From: Nemertoderma westbladi
Lineage: Eukaryota > Animalia > Xenacoelomorpha
Direction of reading: 5' to 3'
Assembly: GCA_032718475.1 (NCBI GenBank)
Contig: JAUCBJ010008654.1
Coordinates: forward strand, 1 to 46,377
DNA length: 46,377 nt
Shown here: positions 26,529 through 39,420 of the stretch, one piece after another
How positions within the stretch are numbered: position 1 is the stretch's first letter
Layout: each line of letters opens with the position of its first letter
Translations under genes and position numbers: made by a program
The notes under the pieces: model-generated
Database searches by the model: none
Seen by the model: the letters and a program-made list of their open reading frames with translations, nothing else
Told to the model about the DNA's origin: nothing

Positions 26529-27224
26529 AGTTACCGGTAAAAAAATTGTTGTATTTTGTAGTAAACTATATATATTTGTAACTGATCAAATACATTGATT
26601 TTAATGTTTTCAGTGAATCTGATTTTAATGCAACATAACGAAATCAATCAATGAACCGAAGTGAAACTTATAAATTTATCGGATTGTCGATTCAGATGCC
26701 GCCACACCCCCTTCAACCGATTCCCACTTATTCCCATGCACTTATTCCTTTTTTACCAAAACAATAAACGATCACTTTAACAATTCAGTGAATTGGGAGC
26801 ACTTTACAGCGGCGTGGTTTTATGTATACAGTATGGAATGGTACCAGTTGGAGAAAAATTAAACATACGTGTGACGTTAGAATAGTTAGGTGAATCAGAG
26901 ATGACATAATGGCATTGGACCGAAAACTTTCTATTTTACTTTCTATTTTACATTTTTCATATTTTAAAATTTACGTGTTTACAGATTACGGATTTACTAT
27001 TATTATGAGTAAAACTATTATGGGTCATTTTAACCCAATGGCCCTTAGCGTTGCCTTAATAATAAAAGTCAAATAAAAAAAAGTGTTAAAGTAAAAGTTG
27101 TGACTCGGTTACATTTGGATAGAGTGTAAAAAAGTTGGAGAATTCATGAAATATTGTGACCCCCATCATTGTATTGAATTTGTCATCTTGTTATAGATCT
27201 TGTTGTAGATCTTGTTGTAGATCT

Positions 27225-28144
27225 TGTCGTTTCTTTGTTCGGTCAAACAATCAGAGCGATTCTCCTGTTATTTGTACAGAAACCTCCGGGAAATCACGCA
27301 ATGCATTATGGGTCAATGTTGACCTTTTTCCTGATGCCAGAAGACCGGCTTTGGAATCTCTGTGTTTTTAGGCTTTAGCCCAACATTAGTAGGCTTAATC
27401 ATAGAAACGTATATCTGTTATCAAACCAAAACATAACTCACCTAATCATATTGTCAACTACAAACACCGCATTTTTACTGCTATTTACTGTCGGTTATTC
27501 ATTATATCAATTGATGGAATATTGTTATATTTGGATAATATCGATCAATAATCAGAAACCCCAATCTTCTTGATATACTGAAGGTTAGAGAGACCGGTTA
27601 CATATAACAATTGCGACTTACATTAAAGTGGTTTTGGAGTGAATCTAATGCTATTTCATAGGCACTACATGTGTTGGTTGCTGTTCTCTTTATATGTGAC
27701 TAAAATTAGTGAAGGTCGGCAGATCGGTGTGCAGCATTGTGCGGTAGTGTATATGATTGTGACTGATAACAAAGCATCTCCTAAAGAATGCGCTATATAC
27801 GTGAATCCATAGCCATCCCGTTGTGTCTAGTGTAAGTCATAACTCTATTTACATATTTAGAACGCCACATCCTAAAGGAACTGTTAATATTTCCCGAAAG
27901 TGAATAATATTTGTCAGAGATTATATATTACGATCAGTCGAATAATACAGTAGGCCTACACCGCAATAAGGTTAGGCTTCCGAATCCAGTCTCCCGGGTA
28001 TATCCAGCAGGTGAATGGTCGCGCATAGACTGGCTTCGGCTAATGTAGTGTATCAAATACTCGTCATAGGCTAAAGTCGATTTATAATCTAGAAGACACC
28101 CAAATTTGGCAGGTTAAACTGCTAAAGGTCTGAAAGCGCGAACA
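27225..28144 (+). repeat. 5' LTR of copy B (first 257 bp missing)
   Basis: Matches 43391-44310 and ends GCGCGAACA. Confidence 0.93.
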
Positions 28145-28155
28145 ATAACAGATAT
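28145..28155 (+). promoter_or_regulatory. Non-tRNA primer-binding site of copy B (ATAACAGATAT), complementary to LTR site 27411-27421; duplicated at 28214-28224
   Basis: Exact reverse complement of ATATCTGTTAT (27411-27421; 43577-43587 in the 3' LTR). Confidence 0.75.
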
Positions 28156-28489
28156 GATATTCTGATTGCAGTGTAGGCAATAAATACAGTTTAATATTGT
28201 TCTGGTAAGAACAATAACAGATATTGCTTCTGTATTGCAGTAGGCAATAAAGCTGAAGTACCGGTCAACCGGTACCCAGTAGGCCTGACTACCTAACCAC
28301 CCGGACCGGTACTTACAGCAGTACAGGTACAGCAGTATTATTCGATTTTGATAATTATATACCGGTAGGCCTTAATATTTAATCAGGGACGGCCGCCCTG
28401 GTTTTTTATTGAGATTTTACTTATTTCTGTCAGTTTTATTTATTTGTAGGTTAATATTGAGCAGAAGACGTGTAAGCCTGCTCAGATTG

Positions 28490-29070
28490 TACAGATAATT
28501 TGTAGGCTGGACTGTTGTCTGACTGTTGTTAAGTCTGAAGGGACTGTAGTGTGTGTAGAGTGTATGTCCGATAAAGTACCAGTTAGGAATGTAGGGGCTT
28601 CCAGTGCTGTGAGGTAAATCCCCTCGAAAGAATAAATCGTACTACTCGGTTAGAACGCATACTAACTAACCATTTCGGAGTCTGCATATACTGTAGTTTG
28701 TTTAGGCTTGATAGTAGTCGGCCAGCGTTTGGTCTGTATTTTTGTTTGTGTAGTCTGTACGGGTAGCGTAATATTTCTTATTCGGATAATTTGTAGGCTG
28801 GATTGTTGTCTGGCTGTTGTTAGGTCTGAAGAGATTGCGGTGTATGTAGAGTGTATGTCCGATAAAATACTAGTTAGGAACGTAGGGGCTTCCAGAGCTG
28901 TGAGGTAAATCCCCTCGAAAGAATAAGTCATACTACTCAGTTAGAACGCATACTAACTAACCATTTCGGAGTCTGCATATACTGTAGTTTGTTTAGGCTT
29001 GATAGTAGTCGGCCAGCGTTTGGTCTGTAATTTGTTTGAGTAGTCTGTACGCGTAGCGTAATATTTATTA
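28490..29070 (+). repeat. ~295-bp tandem duplication in the leader, also present in copy A (~2420-2990)
   Basis: Repeated block GATAATTTGTAGGCTGG..GAGTCTGCATATACTGTAGTTTGTTTAGGCTTGA.. Confidence 0.85.
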
Positions 29071-30407
29071 TTCAGAGTTTATGCGATTATTCGCAACATT
29101 CATATCCCCAAGTTTATTCCTACAGTAATTGTGCTTGTTGTACATACCGTTATAGTTAAATTAACCCCGGTACTACATCAGGGCTGCTTGGCGTAGGTAA
29201 AGACTGGTGATTTTGTGCCCCGGTCACTCCAGCAGATACCGTGGTTCTTTTAGCTGTACAAGTATTTCTAACTGCTGATTATTTGTTGTATAAGTACTTG
29301 TACCTAATTTAGGGTTTAGTGTACAGTGCTTTCCGAAGGTAATTAGTGTGTAGGCAGTATATTTGTGTTGTAAAGTGGTTAATAGGCACGTTGGTTCTCG
29401 TAGACCACGGTAATTAACTTCTAGGTAGGAACACTCCGTGATACATAACGTAGTACTTATAGCGATACGGCTATAAGTCGTCAGACGGTGGTATTTTTCC
29501 TATCTGGACAACACAGTATATTTACTACTGCTTTGTTATTTTCAAATACCGTAGAATCCTGTCTGTTTGTAATAACCAGATATTCTAACCCTTTGTTAGG
29601 CTGGTTTGTAGACTTCTTGTAAAATTACCCTAAAAATTCGTACGTGTAATTTTTTGTGTTTATTTAGAGATTGTAATCTCACCCGAATTGTACGTAATTT
29701 GTAGTATTAAGTAACTTAGGTAAATTAGAATTATTTGTTTTAGTGTCCAACAAGTAGCACTTCACTGAGAGCGCACCTCTTCTGTGTAGTGACTCCTTCC
29801 CAGAAATAATAACATTTATTTCAAACATTGACAAAACCCATTATACGGGTATATATATATATTATAAATCAACTCAAACCGATTTATAAATAGTAGGCCT
29901 GTCATACAACAATTAGGTCTTAATATCAGTTGGACTACTGCTTAAATAACGGTGATAAAGTAAAGGAAAGTAACCAAGTAACCCCTAAAATTCAGAAATT
30001 CAATTATTCTAAAATAATTGATATACCAGTATTTACAATAGGCTTATTATATTTATTTCTATAAATTTAGGCTGAAATTATACCGGTATTCTGTAATTAA
30101 TTCTAGTCCATAATTATACTTATATATACTATAAGTGTAAGCTGTATACCGGTATTCACGATAGGCCTATTATATATTTATATATATTTGTGCTGGAATT
30201 ACATACCGGTATTCTGTGACAAATCTAGTCTGTAATAATACTTATATATATACTATAAGCGCACCAGTATTCTAATATATTATATATATATCACGCTACA
30301 CTGAGTAGCAGTATCGGTAATTAATTACTAGGCTAACAGTTGATACTGAATTACTAGACTTGCTTTAACTGTAATATAGCAGTAGGCATTCAACTGTACA
30401 AACAAAC

Positions 30408-33400
30408 ATGTCTGACACAAAGCAAAACCTGTCAGACAGTCTCCTAGATACGACCATCTGTGACCCAGACAGGAGTGTGGAACGTGTGAGACCGAAGTTC
30501 AACTCACCTCCTACTGTAAGAAAGATCATCCCTCCAGTAGTAGTATCAGACCCTAGGCTAGTCCAACACCGTAGGTCTATCATAGGCACTCGAGCTCAAG
30601 TCAAGCGAGACCAAGAAGCAGCGGAACAGCAGCAACACTCGAGCCGAGAACTTATTTCTCAGCGGTGCGACAGCTCCAGTAGTGCAGATACTGTAGAGCT
30701 GACACCCGAGTGCGGAGCAAAGATGGCGGATGCGGTTTATTCGGATCCCCTTCTCATCCTTCCTGCAGCCGTACTCACTAGGGTATTGATTGCGGTGGAG
30801 GAACACCAGATTGATTGGGCGAGAAGTAAGCGATCGACCAAGGATAGTTATGCGGGATATACAAGGGAAGAATTGAAGTCTATTGTCGAGTCGCAATGGA
30901 ACTTCCCCGGACCCGGACTCCCGTTTGACTTATCGGAAGCTGCCTGGGAAGACATACACAGGATGGGAGTAACAAAAGAAACCATCGATCCAGCTGTGTG
31001 GAAGAGGTCCGCAGCAGGATACGTACAGGGATTCTTCAGCTCTTTGGAGAGATTAGAGGAACAACTGTTTCGACAACCCCAAGGACCTCAAGAGCAGGGA
31101 GAGCTGCTTTATCAAGTTCGAGAAAGAATTCTAAGAATCAGACTAATCCTATCGGCATTTGAGGAAGCTTCGAAAAGAAGACAAGACACGTCGTTGCAAG
31201 TTGCTGTAAAGACTTGGTTCCAGCGGGTGAGTCTCCAGGTTCAAGGAACGGCCCAGTGGACAGCTCGGCTGGCAGAGCGCTCAACCCATGGAGAATCAAC
31301 AGACGCTACCTTTTCCCAAGTGGAAAGCGAAGCGACAGCAGAGAAACCGCATAAGAGGGATGCTATTGACATCTATCTGTCAGACTATCAACGCTTTGTA
31401 GGTGATGAAGAGTTGAGGAGAAGGCTGGATGGACTTAGCCCTAATAGTGAAGGAGCCAAGCTTGTGTTGGACGCAATCGATGCAGATATGATAGCTGCGA
31501 ACCAAGCTAAATTTGATGAACGTCTCCGCATCACTAGGGTCCAAGAAGAACAAGTAAAGAAAAAACGTATAGAAGACAGAAAGACAGCGGCAGTGGCAGC
31601 AGCAGTGGCAGTGGCAGAAGCGGAAAGAAAAGCGGCAGGGCAGCGGCAGCGGCAGAGGCAGAAGCAGAAAGAAAAGCGGCAGTGGCAGAGGCAGACACGG
31701 AAAGAAAAGCAGCAGAAGCGGAAAGAAAAGCGGCAGTGGCAGCGGCAGTGGCAGCGGCCGAAGCGGAAAGAAAGGCGGCAGTGGCAGCGGCCGAAGCGGA
31801 AAGAAAGGCGGCAGTGGCAGCGGCAGAGGCAGTGGCAGAAGTAGAACAGAGAGCGTCTGAAGAAACCACCCAACTAGAATTGGAAAACATTCAGGAGAAT
31901 CAAGACTGCATAAATAAACAGTTAACAGCTAGTCAAATGCAGATGATGAGTCGATCTACTCCCAAGAGACAGGGATATACATCATCTGAGGAAGGCGATA
32001 CCACCGATCCTGAAGGCGGAGGAAATAGATCTCGTCTAAGCAGACGTAGAAGAATGTCCCGCCGTCAGAAATTGCCTGATTTGCCCCCAGCTGTTAGAAG
32101 GCAACTAGCTAGCACAGACTTAGGTAGTACAGAACCCACAGACCAAATAATTAAAATAGAAAGACTCCCTACTATAGTAGATGAGCCTGAAATAATTAGG
32201 CCTGTTCTCGAAGCCACCCCTTCAGTGATAGAGACACCTGTACTCCCAGAACCTGCCTCTAAATTCCCTTTGCATAGCACTAAACTACCTGTGCCCAGCA
32301 GAACAGCCCATGAGACAGTTCCTGTTCTGGACTCCGAGCGAAATATTAATGATTTGTCGCCCGTTGTCCCCCGTCCACCCGCTACTACGTTGGCGGCTCC
32401 CGCTTTGGCAGTCGAGTGGGTGGATGAGAGACGGCGGGGGATGGATCTCCTGCTCGGGCAGATGCAGGAGACTGTTAAGCAGTTCAAGGGCACAGTAAGG
32501 GAAAGTAGGTTAGAGTTACAAGAAGTGCAGCAAAGTATCGCGTTAGAACGCGATAAATTAGTAAATACCCAAAGAGGTATACCACCAACCTCGGTAACAA
32601 TGTGTCAACCTGTTAGGTCTGAAGTATTTCATGCGCAAGCCCTACACGCATCTATACTGCTAGTGAATTAGAAACTCCTATAGTAAACCCTATTAAGGGT
32701 AATTATAAACCTGTTGACAATGATATCCCATATAGACTTGATAATAATCCGAGAAATTTATATACCGATAACTCGATATTAAATAACACGATGGCCCAAG
32801 AAAGTTTTACGCGTCAAATGGCTAGAACCGAAGCCTGTCAAGCGGTAAAGGTGGGAGAGATCGTCAAGTTCAATGGAGATGAGATGAAATGGTTACCTTT
32901 TAATGAATATTACAAAGATAACATACAGAACTCTGTGCTATCTAACGGAGAGAAACTTAGATTCCTCATCGAGTGCTTGGAAGGATCTCCCAAGTTAATG
33001 GCGTTAAAGTTTATTGGACATCCAGATGGATTAAGACAAGTTTGGGATACCCTAAACATCAGGTATGGTAATAGGAATAACATAGCTAGGTATTTGTATG
33101 CAAAATTGGTAGCGCCCCGAAAATTCATTAGCAGCGGGATTATAGAGTTTTCCGATGAAATTCAGGAGATCTGTAGACAATTAGATTGGCTCGGTAAGTC
33201 TCATAAATATCAGAGTTCTATGGTTATTGGAGCCGTGGCCTCTACTTTACCGAAGGGTGGAGTAGGTACACGCTGGGATAAGAAAGTGTTATATATGATG
33301 GAACAACAACGACGAGACCCTACCATGGCTGATCTCATGTCATTCTTGGATGGAGAAGTGAAATTACAACTCCTAAAGCAGTCCAGAGAGAAGACACCGG

Positions 33401-36400
33401 AAAACAAGGTAAGTGAGAAACCCGTTTCTAGGAGAAAGGTAACACCAGTGTGTTATACCGACGACGGCGAAAGCCAGGCTTCTCAAGGAGAGGACAGCGG
33501 GAAAGACACTGAAAGATCTTATTATGTCAACAAAGCGCCTAAGGACGTAAGTAAATTCAAGTCTCGAACCAATGACAGGAGAGAACAGGTAAGAAAAACT
33601 CCTCCTACATCTCCTAAGATAATTCAGGTAAGAAAGCCCGAAGAAAGAACGAGTGTGCACAACGTTACTCAAAATAAGGTAAGTAACATCAAACCGAAAT
33701 GTGCACTGTGTGACGGGCCCCACCGTTTGAATGTGTGTGATGAATTCCTAAAGAAATCATTAAAGGATAGACGGGAAGTCATGTGGGATAAGCGGTTGTG
33801 TTATAATTGCCTCAGACAAGGACACCAACGGCGAACCTGTTACTCCGACGTAAGGTGTGCAAAGTGCAGTGCGAAACATCATATCTTGTTGCACACTGAA
33901 TTCGAGCAAAACAGCCCGAGTCAGGTAAGTGATTCCGAACTGCATGTCCAATTCAGTGATGTGAACGACACTGACCAAAGTTCTGAGATGGAAGGATTCT
34001 ATACGGACGAATTCTCCGACGAAGACGAATCCTGTTACATGATAAATACCGCAGTGTATCGAGCACTTACGTATGAAAAGGACACCGACAGCGAGCTCAC
34101 CCTAACTACTTCTGACCGACAACCATCTTGGAAAGCACCAACTTCCAATGTAGGAATCCGAGAATTTCCAGTAGTGCAGTTAAGGGTCCACGGACCTAAA
34201 AGGAGTTATATAGTGAACGCCCTCCTTGACTCCGGTAGCACAGGAACATTCATCGACAAAGAACTAGCCGAAGACATATTTGCTGGACAACCCAAGTTCC
34301 GAACTAAGTTAAACATGTCAGGAATTATGCAGGTTTGGAAATCTACAGTGATAGCTGATTATTATGTAGGTGCGTTGTCCACCTCCCAGGACGAACTAGG
34401 AGAACATAGTATAAGGTCAGTAAAAATGGTGGCGATAAAGAACTTCGCTACCAGCCAAGTAGAACCTTATAACTGGGATGAGGACGATTCCACCCAGCAG
34501 CTTAATATACCTAGATTCAACACCGATTACCCTGGAGTGCAAATACTCATCGGTCAAAATGCGCATGAGGCGCTCGAGACATTGGAGAAACGGCCTGCTC
34601 AACCGCAACCACTACAAGCCTATGCGGGAAGAACTAGAGTGGGTTGGTACTTTACTGGCCCTTCCCGTAGAACTCTCATGGAAAGATTATCGAAAGATCA
34701 GGTATATCAAGTAAGAGAATGGGAAGTGGAGAGCAGTGAGTTAGACGATCCAACTGAGGGAACACCATACTCCTCAGATAACGACGATATCCACCAACTC
34801 TTCGACGAGGAGAATACCATTGATCTCCTTACGGAAAACGAGACTTGGCAAAACCAAGTGAACCTATGTCAGCTCATTCGCCCATCAGAACGAGTCGACT
34901 ATAACGACGAACTTAATGACGTAATTGAACGTTATAATGCAAAAACTCGGGATGAACACGCCGTACGATTCTTTACTCAAGAGGCTGTAGAGCCCAATTC
35001 CTACGATAAGGCCCTATCGGTAGAAGAAGAAAGAGCCAAGCAGATCCAAGAGACAACTACACGTTTTCTTAAAGATCAAGGTAGATATGAGATCGGTCTA
35101 CCTTTCCGAAAGCGAGAACCAAAGTTCATAAACAACAGACCCTTGGCGGAGAAAAGAATTGCTCAACTACATCGACGTCTTACGGCAAATTCTTCAGCTA
35201 AAGAAATGTATCAGACGCAGTTGAAGAAATATATTAACAAAGGATATGCGGAGCGAGTACCGGAAGGAACACCTATAACTGAGAGAACATATTATTTAAC
35301 ACATCATTACGTTCCCAAACCCGGTAAACCTCATGAGGTACGAGTAGTGTTTGACGGCTCCGCCCTTTACATGGCCCAATCCCTTAATTCCGAGTTGTTA
35401 CCAGGACCCAACTTACTCCAATCCTTGTTGGGAATACTCTTAAGATTACGACCATATCTCCTCCGCCTCCAATATAGAAGGCATGTTCTTACAAGTCAAG
35501 GCGCTGGATAGGGATCGAGATAGCCTACGATTTCTGTGGTGGCCTGAAGGAGACCTCAACCAGAAACCGGTGGAATATTGGATGACCATCCAGGCTTTTG
35601 GGATAATCTCGAGCCCTTCAAACGCCTGTTCAGTGGTGTGCACCACTGCTGATGACAACCAGGAAGCCTTCTCTAAAGAGGTGATCGACAACATCAAACG
35701 GGATATATACATGGACGACAATTTAAAGTCCCTTCCATCAGTCGAAGAAGCCATTGATGTCGCCAAAGGAACGGTAGAGTGCTTTAAAAGAGGTGGATTT
35801 CGGTTAACTAAATTCACCAGCAACTCCCGTGAGTTTCTGGAATCAATCCCGGTAGAAGATCGAGGAGCGAAAGACCTAGACCTAATCAAAGATGATCTTC
35901 CAGAAACCAAGACACTTGGTTTGAAATGGGACACAGAGAGAGATATCCTGTTTTACCAGCTAAAACAGCGAGATAATCCAGTTTGAACTAAACAGATTTG
36001 TTTAAGTATCCTGAGCACTTATTTCGATCCATTGGGATTTATTAGCCCAGTTATATTGATTGCTCGGAGTTTAGTACAACAAATGTGGCTTGAAAACCAC
36101 TCATGGGACAATCCACTCAAGGGAGAATTATTAAAGAAGTGGATGAAATGGGAAGATTCTCTACCAGCCATCAAGAACTTTATAATTTCCCGTTCATATT
36201 TTGGTCATGTTCTCCCTACGTATTCCTATCAACTCCACGTGTTTGGAGACGTCAGCGATATGGGAATAGGTATAGTAGCCTACCTGAGAGTTGAAACTCC
36301 GGATGGAATCAAGGTCGCCTTGGTTACCTCTAAGGCGTTGATAAACAACAAGTTGAAAGTTCCTCGAGCGGAGTTAAAGGCGGCTCTATACGCTACAGCC

Positions 36401-38594
36401 ATCGGCCGGAATGTAACAGAACAGATCGATTATCCATTGGAGAAAACTGTCTATTGGACCGATGCTTTACTCGTGTTGGAGTATATAACCAATGAAGTCT
36501 GTCAGTTCAGCGTCTTCGTTACCAACAGAGTAGCCATTATACTTAGTCGCACGAAGATGGATCAATGGAGACATTGCCCCGGAACGATTAATCCAGCAGA
36601 CATCGCCTCCAGGGGAGCAACTCCACAAGAACTGATAGATACTCCAGACTGGTTAGGTGGACCCGACTTCCTCTACAAAGAAGAAGAAGAATGGCCTCCT
36701 CATCTTACTACGGCAGAGATTAGACAGGCCAAGGGAGCGGAGAAAGTCAAACTTAAACCTCGGGCGAGTAAATCGAAGTTATTTAAACCTATGGTATATC
36801 TGTCTGTACTACACACTTCCGGAGATGACGCTTTGGATCAGAAACCCACAGCCACAAATAAGTCTGTTGTGGAAATCCGTGAGAAGGATTGGAAATCTGG
36901 AATACCAGACGTCTCGCAAGGACTCTCACCTCTCCTGCAGGGAGCGATACATCACTACAGTTCCTGGAATCAGCTCTGTAAGGCCGTTACATATTTAAGA
37001 CGATGTTTTCATCATCACTACTCCGGGACGAAGACCAATAGTGATACCGCTCCACTGAAATCTGTGCAGGTCCATGTTGTTAAAGATCTTCCCAAATATA
37101 AGATATCCGACAGGTTTCTGAAGGAGAAGATCAGTTATCAGGAGCATGAAGAAACCAACAAGCAGATGCTGAGACTCCTGCAATGCTATGAGGATTCTGA
37201 TAAGTATTTCCTGTTGTTGAGAAATCCACAGATGCGCTTAAGGGATCGTTTCTCTAGCACAATGATAGATGGGTTGATATGTGTTGGAGGAAGATTAACG
37301 AATGCTCCATTATCCTTTGACACTAAGTTTCCCATACTCATTAGAAATCTTGAGATACAAGTCAAGATGATTGTAGATGTTCACAGCAAACTTTATCATG
37401 CTGGTAGAGAACGAGTTCTTAGCGAAAATTCGAACTCGCTATTATTTTTATAAACCCCGTAGAGCTCTGAACCAAGTTCTTAGGAACTGCATACCCTGTA
37501 GGAAAGCATTCAGTAGGCCTTTAACACAGCGAGAGGCAGAATTACCTAGGGAACGAGTAAGCTTCTATGAACCACCCTTTACTAATACCGGTGTAGATTT
37601 ATTTGGCCCTATTGAAGTATATCGTGCTAGGACTATAGTCAAGAGATGGTGTGTCATCTTTGTTTGTATGACTTGTAGAGCTATCCATCTCGATATGGTG
37701 AACGATTTATCTACCAACAGCTTCCTATTAAGCTTACGACGACAGATCGCTCGCTTTGGAACTAGTAACACGATGAGATCTGATAAGGGAACAAACTTCA
37801 TTGGTGCCAACAATGAAATCAAAGCTTACGTCAAAGATTGGAACCAAAGACAGGTGGACAATCAGCTAAGGGTAACAGCGTCTAGCTGGACCTTCAACGC
37901 CGCCGACGCCCCTTGGTGGGGAGGAAGTTGGGAGAGATTAATCAGGAGCGTGAAGACCGCATTTCACTTTATAGTGCCGTGCCGCGCGTATCTCACCAAC
38001 GAACTTTTGCGGACGTTAATGGAGGAAATCGCCGCCTATCTCAACGAGAGACCGCTTATGCCACTCTCATCGAGTCCCGATTCCCTGGAAGCGCTAACAC
38101 CCGCGCATTTCCTACTGAAGAAACCTGTAGCCATGCTCCCACAATCGGAAATCACAGACGGAGACGAATACTGCCGGCAAACTTGGCAACTTATGCAGTT
38201 GTTATCCCGTCATTTCGCTGACCATTTCGAAAAACATTATCTGCCCACGCTACAACTTCGAACTAAGTGGTTTGCGCAGCAAGAAAACGTCAGCGCTGGA
38301 GACATGGTCCTTATTGTGGATTCAGATCTTCCACGTAAGCGGTGGCAGACAGGTCGTATCATCGAGACTCACATCTCGGATGACGGTTTGGTGCGATCGG
38401 TAGAACTCGTCGTCATGCGACGTAACTTCAAGAAACCGGGAATTGTCTTCGAGACACAGCAGCTCAATCGCCCAGTTGGTCGTTTATGTTTACTGGAAAG
38501 AGACAGAGAACTCTCCGGAAACTATGGAAGACAAGATACTCTTCCCACGACCACCTCCCTAATCCAACGAACATCTAGGGACTCCCCAGCTTAG
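30408..38594 (+). pseudogene. gag-pol: BEL/Pao Gag-Pol polyprotein (~2700 codons), disrupted by frameshifts (~31639, ~32640, ~35455, ~37420) and an in-frame TGA at 35984
   Basis: KFNGDEMKWLPF (Gag); CALCDGPH/CYNCLRQGH/CAKCSAKHH knuckles; ALLDSGS (protease); RFLWW and YMDD (RT); LHVFGD and NPADIASRG (RNase H); H..H..CIPC, GVDLFGP, SDKGTNF and WERL (integrase). The first RT Asp appears mutated (ASNIEGMF). Confidence 0.95.
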
Positions 38595-39139
38595 CAGCGT
38601 CTGGAGTGGGTGTGTGACCATATTATTTTATATTCTTATCATTTTATATTTATGTATATATTATTATGTAATTTTATTATAATCGTTTTCTTTAATTTTG
38701 TTTAGTAGAATGTTATTTTAGCGATTATTTAGTAGATTAGTGCAATATATATTTGCGTTTATTACTTAATTACTTATATATTATATATTTAGTGCGACGG
38801 CGAGAAATAATTATTTTTCTCTTTCCTTACTGTCCGTATTATATTACAAATACGTAACTACAGTAAGATGAAATCTCCGTACTTATCAAAGTACAATAAA
38901 GCTCCTACTATATTCAAGTATTATTGGTAAGTAGAGTATTAGGAATGCAAAATTCAGATCCTCGTGTCTCGGCTAAACCAAGCTCTGGGTAGACCTTGGA
39001 AACGACTTGCTTCTTCTCACTGACATTGCTTCGTGCGATATTGCTCTCATACCGTATATTAAATAATACCTATAGTAGCGTGATGTCACTTTAACAGTAG
39101 CGTACAACGCAAAATAAATCTGTTAAACCCTTTGACCAT

Positions 39140-39420
39140 CTGTAATTCTAGTCGATTAAGATATCGTGGCACCCACAGATATACTTGAAGGACAAAATTC
39201 TAGAATCAGTGGTTAACGTCCCCAGACAAGTTCTGGAATAAACTGGTGCCCATCCTAAATATTAACTATTAATATATATAAAATCTGTCAAATTTTAGAT
39301 CCTTTAAAATTCTAGTCTATTAAGATATCGTAGCACTTACCGATATTCTTAAAAAGATCAATTTCCTAGAATCAAGGATCCCAGTCCCCAGACATGTTCT
39401 GGAATAAAATTGTGTCTATT
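39140..39420 (+). repeat. ~165-bp diverged tandem duplication in the post-integrase region
   Basis: AATTCTAGTC.ATTAAGATATCGT.GCAC..GTCCCCAGACA.GTTCTGGAATAAA occurs at ~39144 and ~39309. Confidence 0.8.

Noticed and set aside
28200-28215. TGGTAAGAAC as a tRNA PBS
   Set aside because: It lies ~58 nt from the LTR end, is absent in copy A and falls inside a local duplication.
31640-31844. QRQRQWQ-rich C-terminus of ORF 30408-31844 as a separate protein
   Set aside because: Out-of-frame product of a 1-nt deletion near 31639; copy A reads through in the Ala-rich frame.
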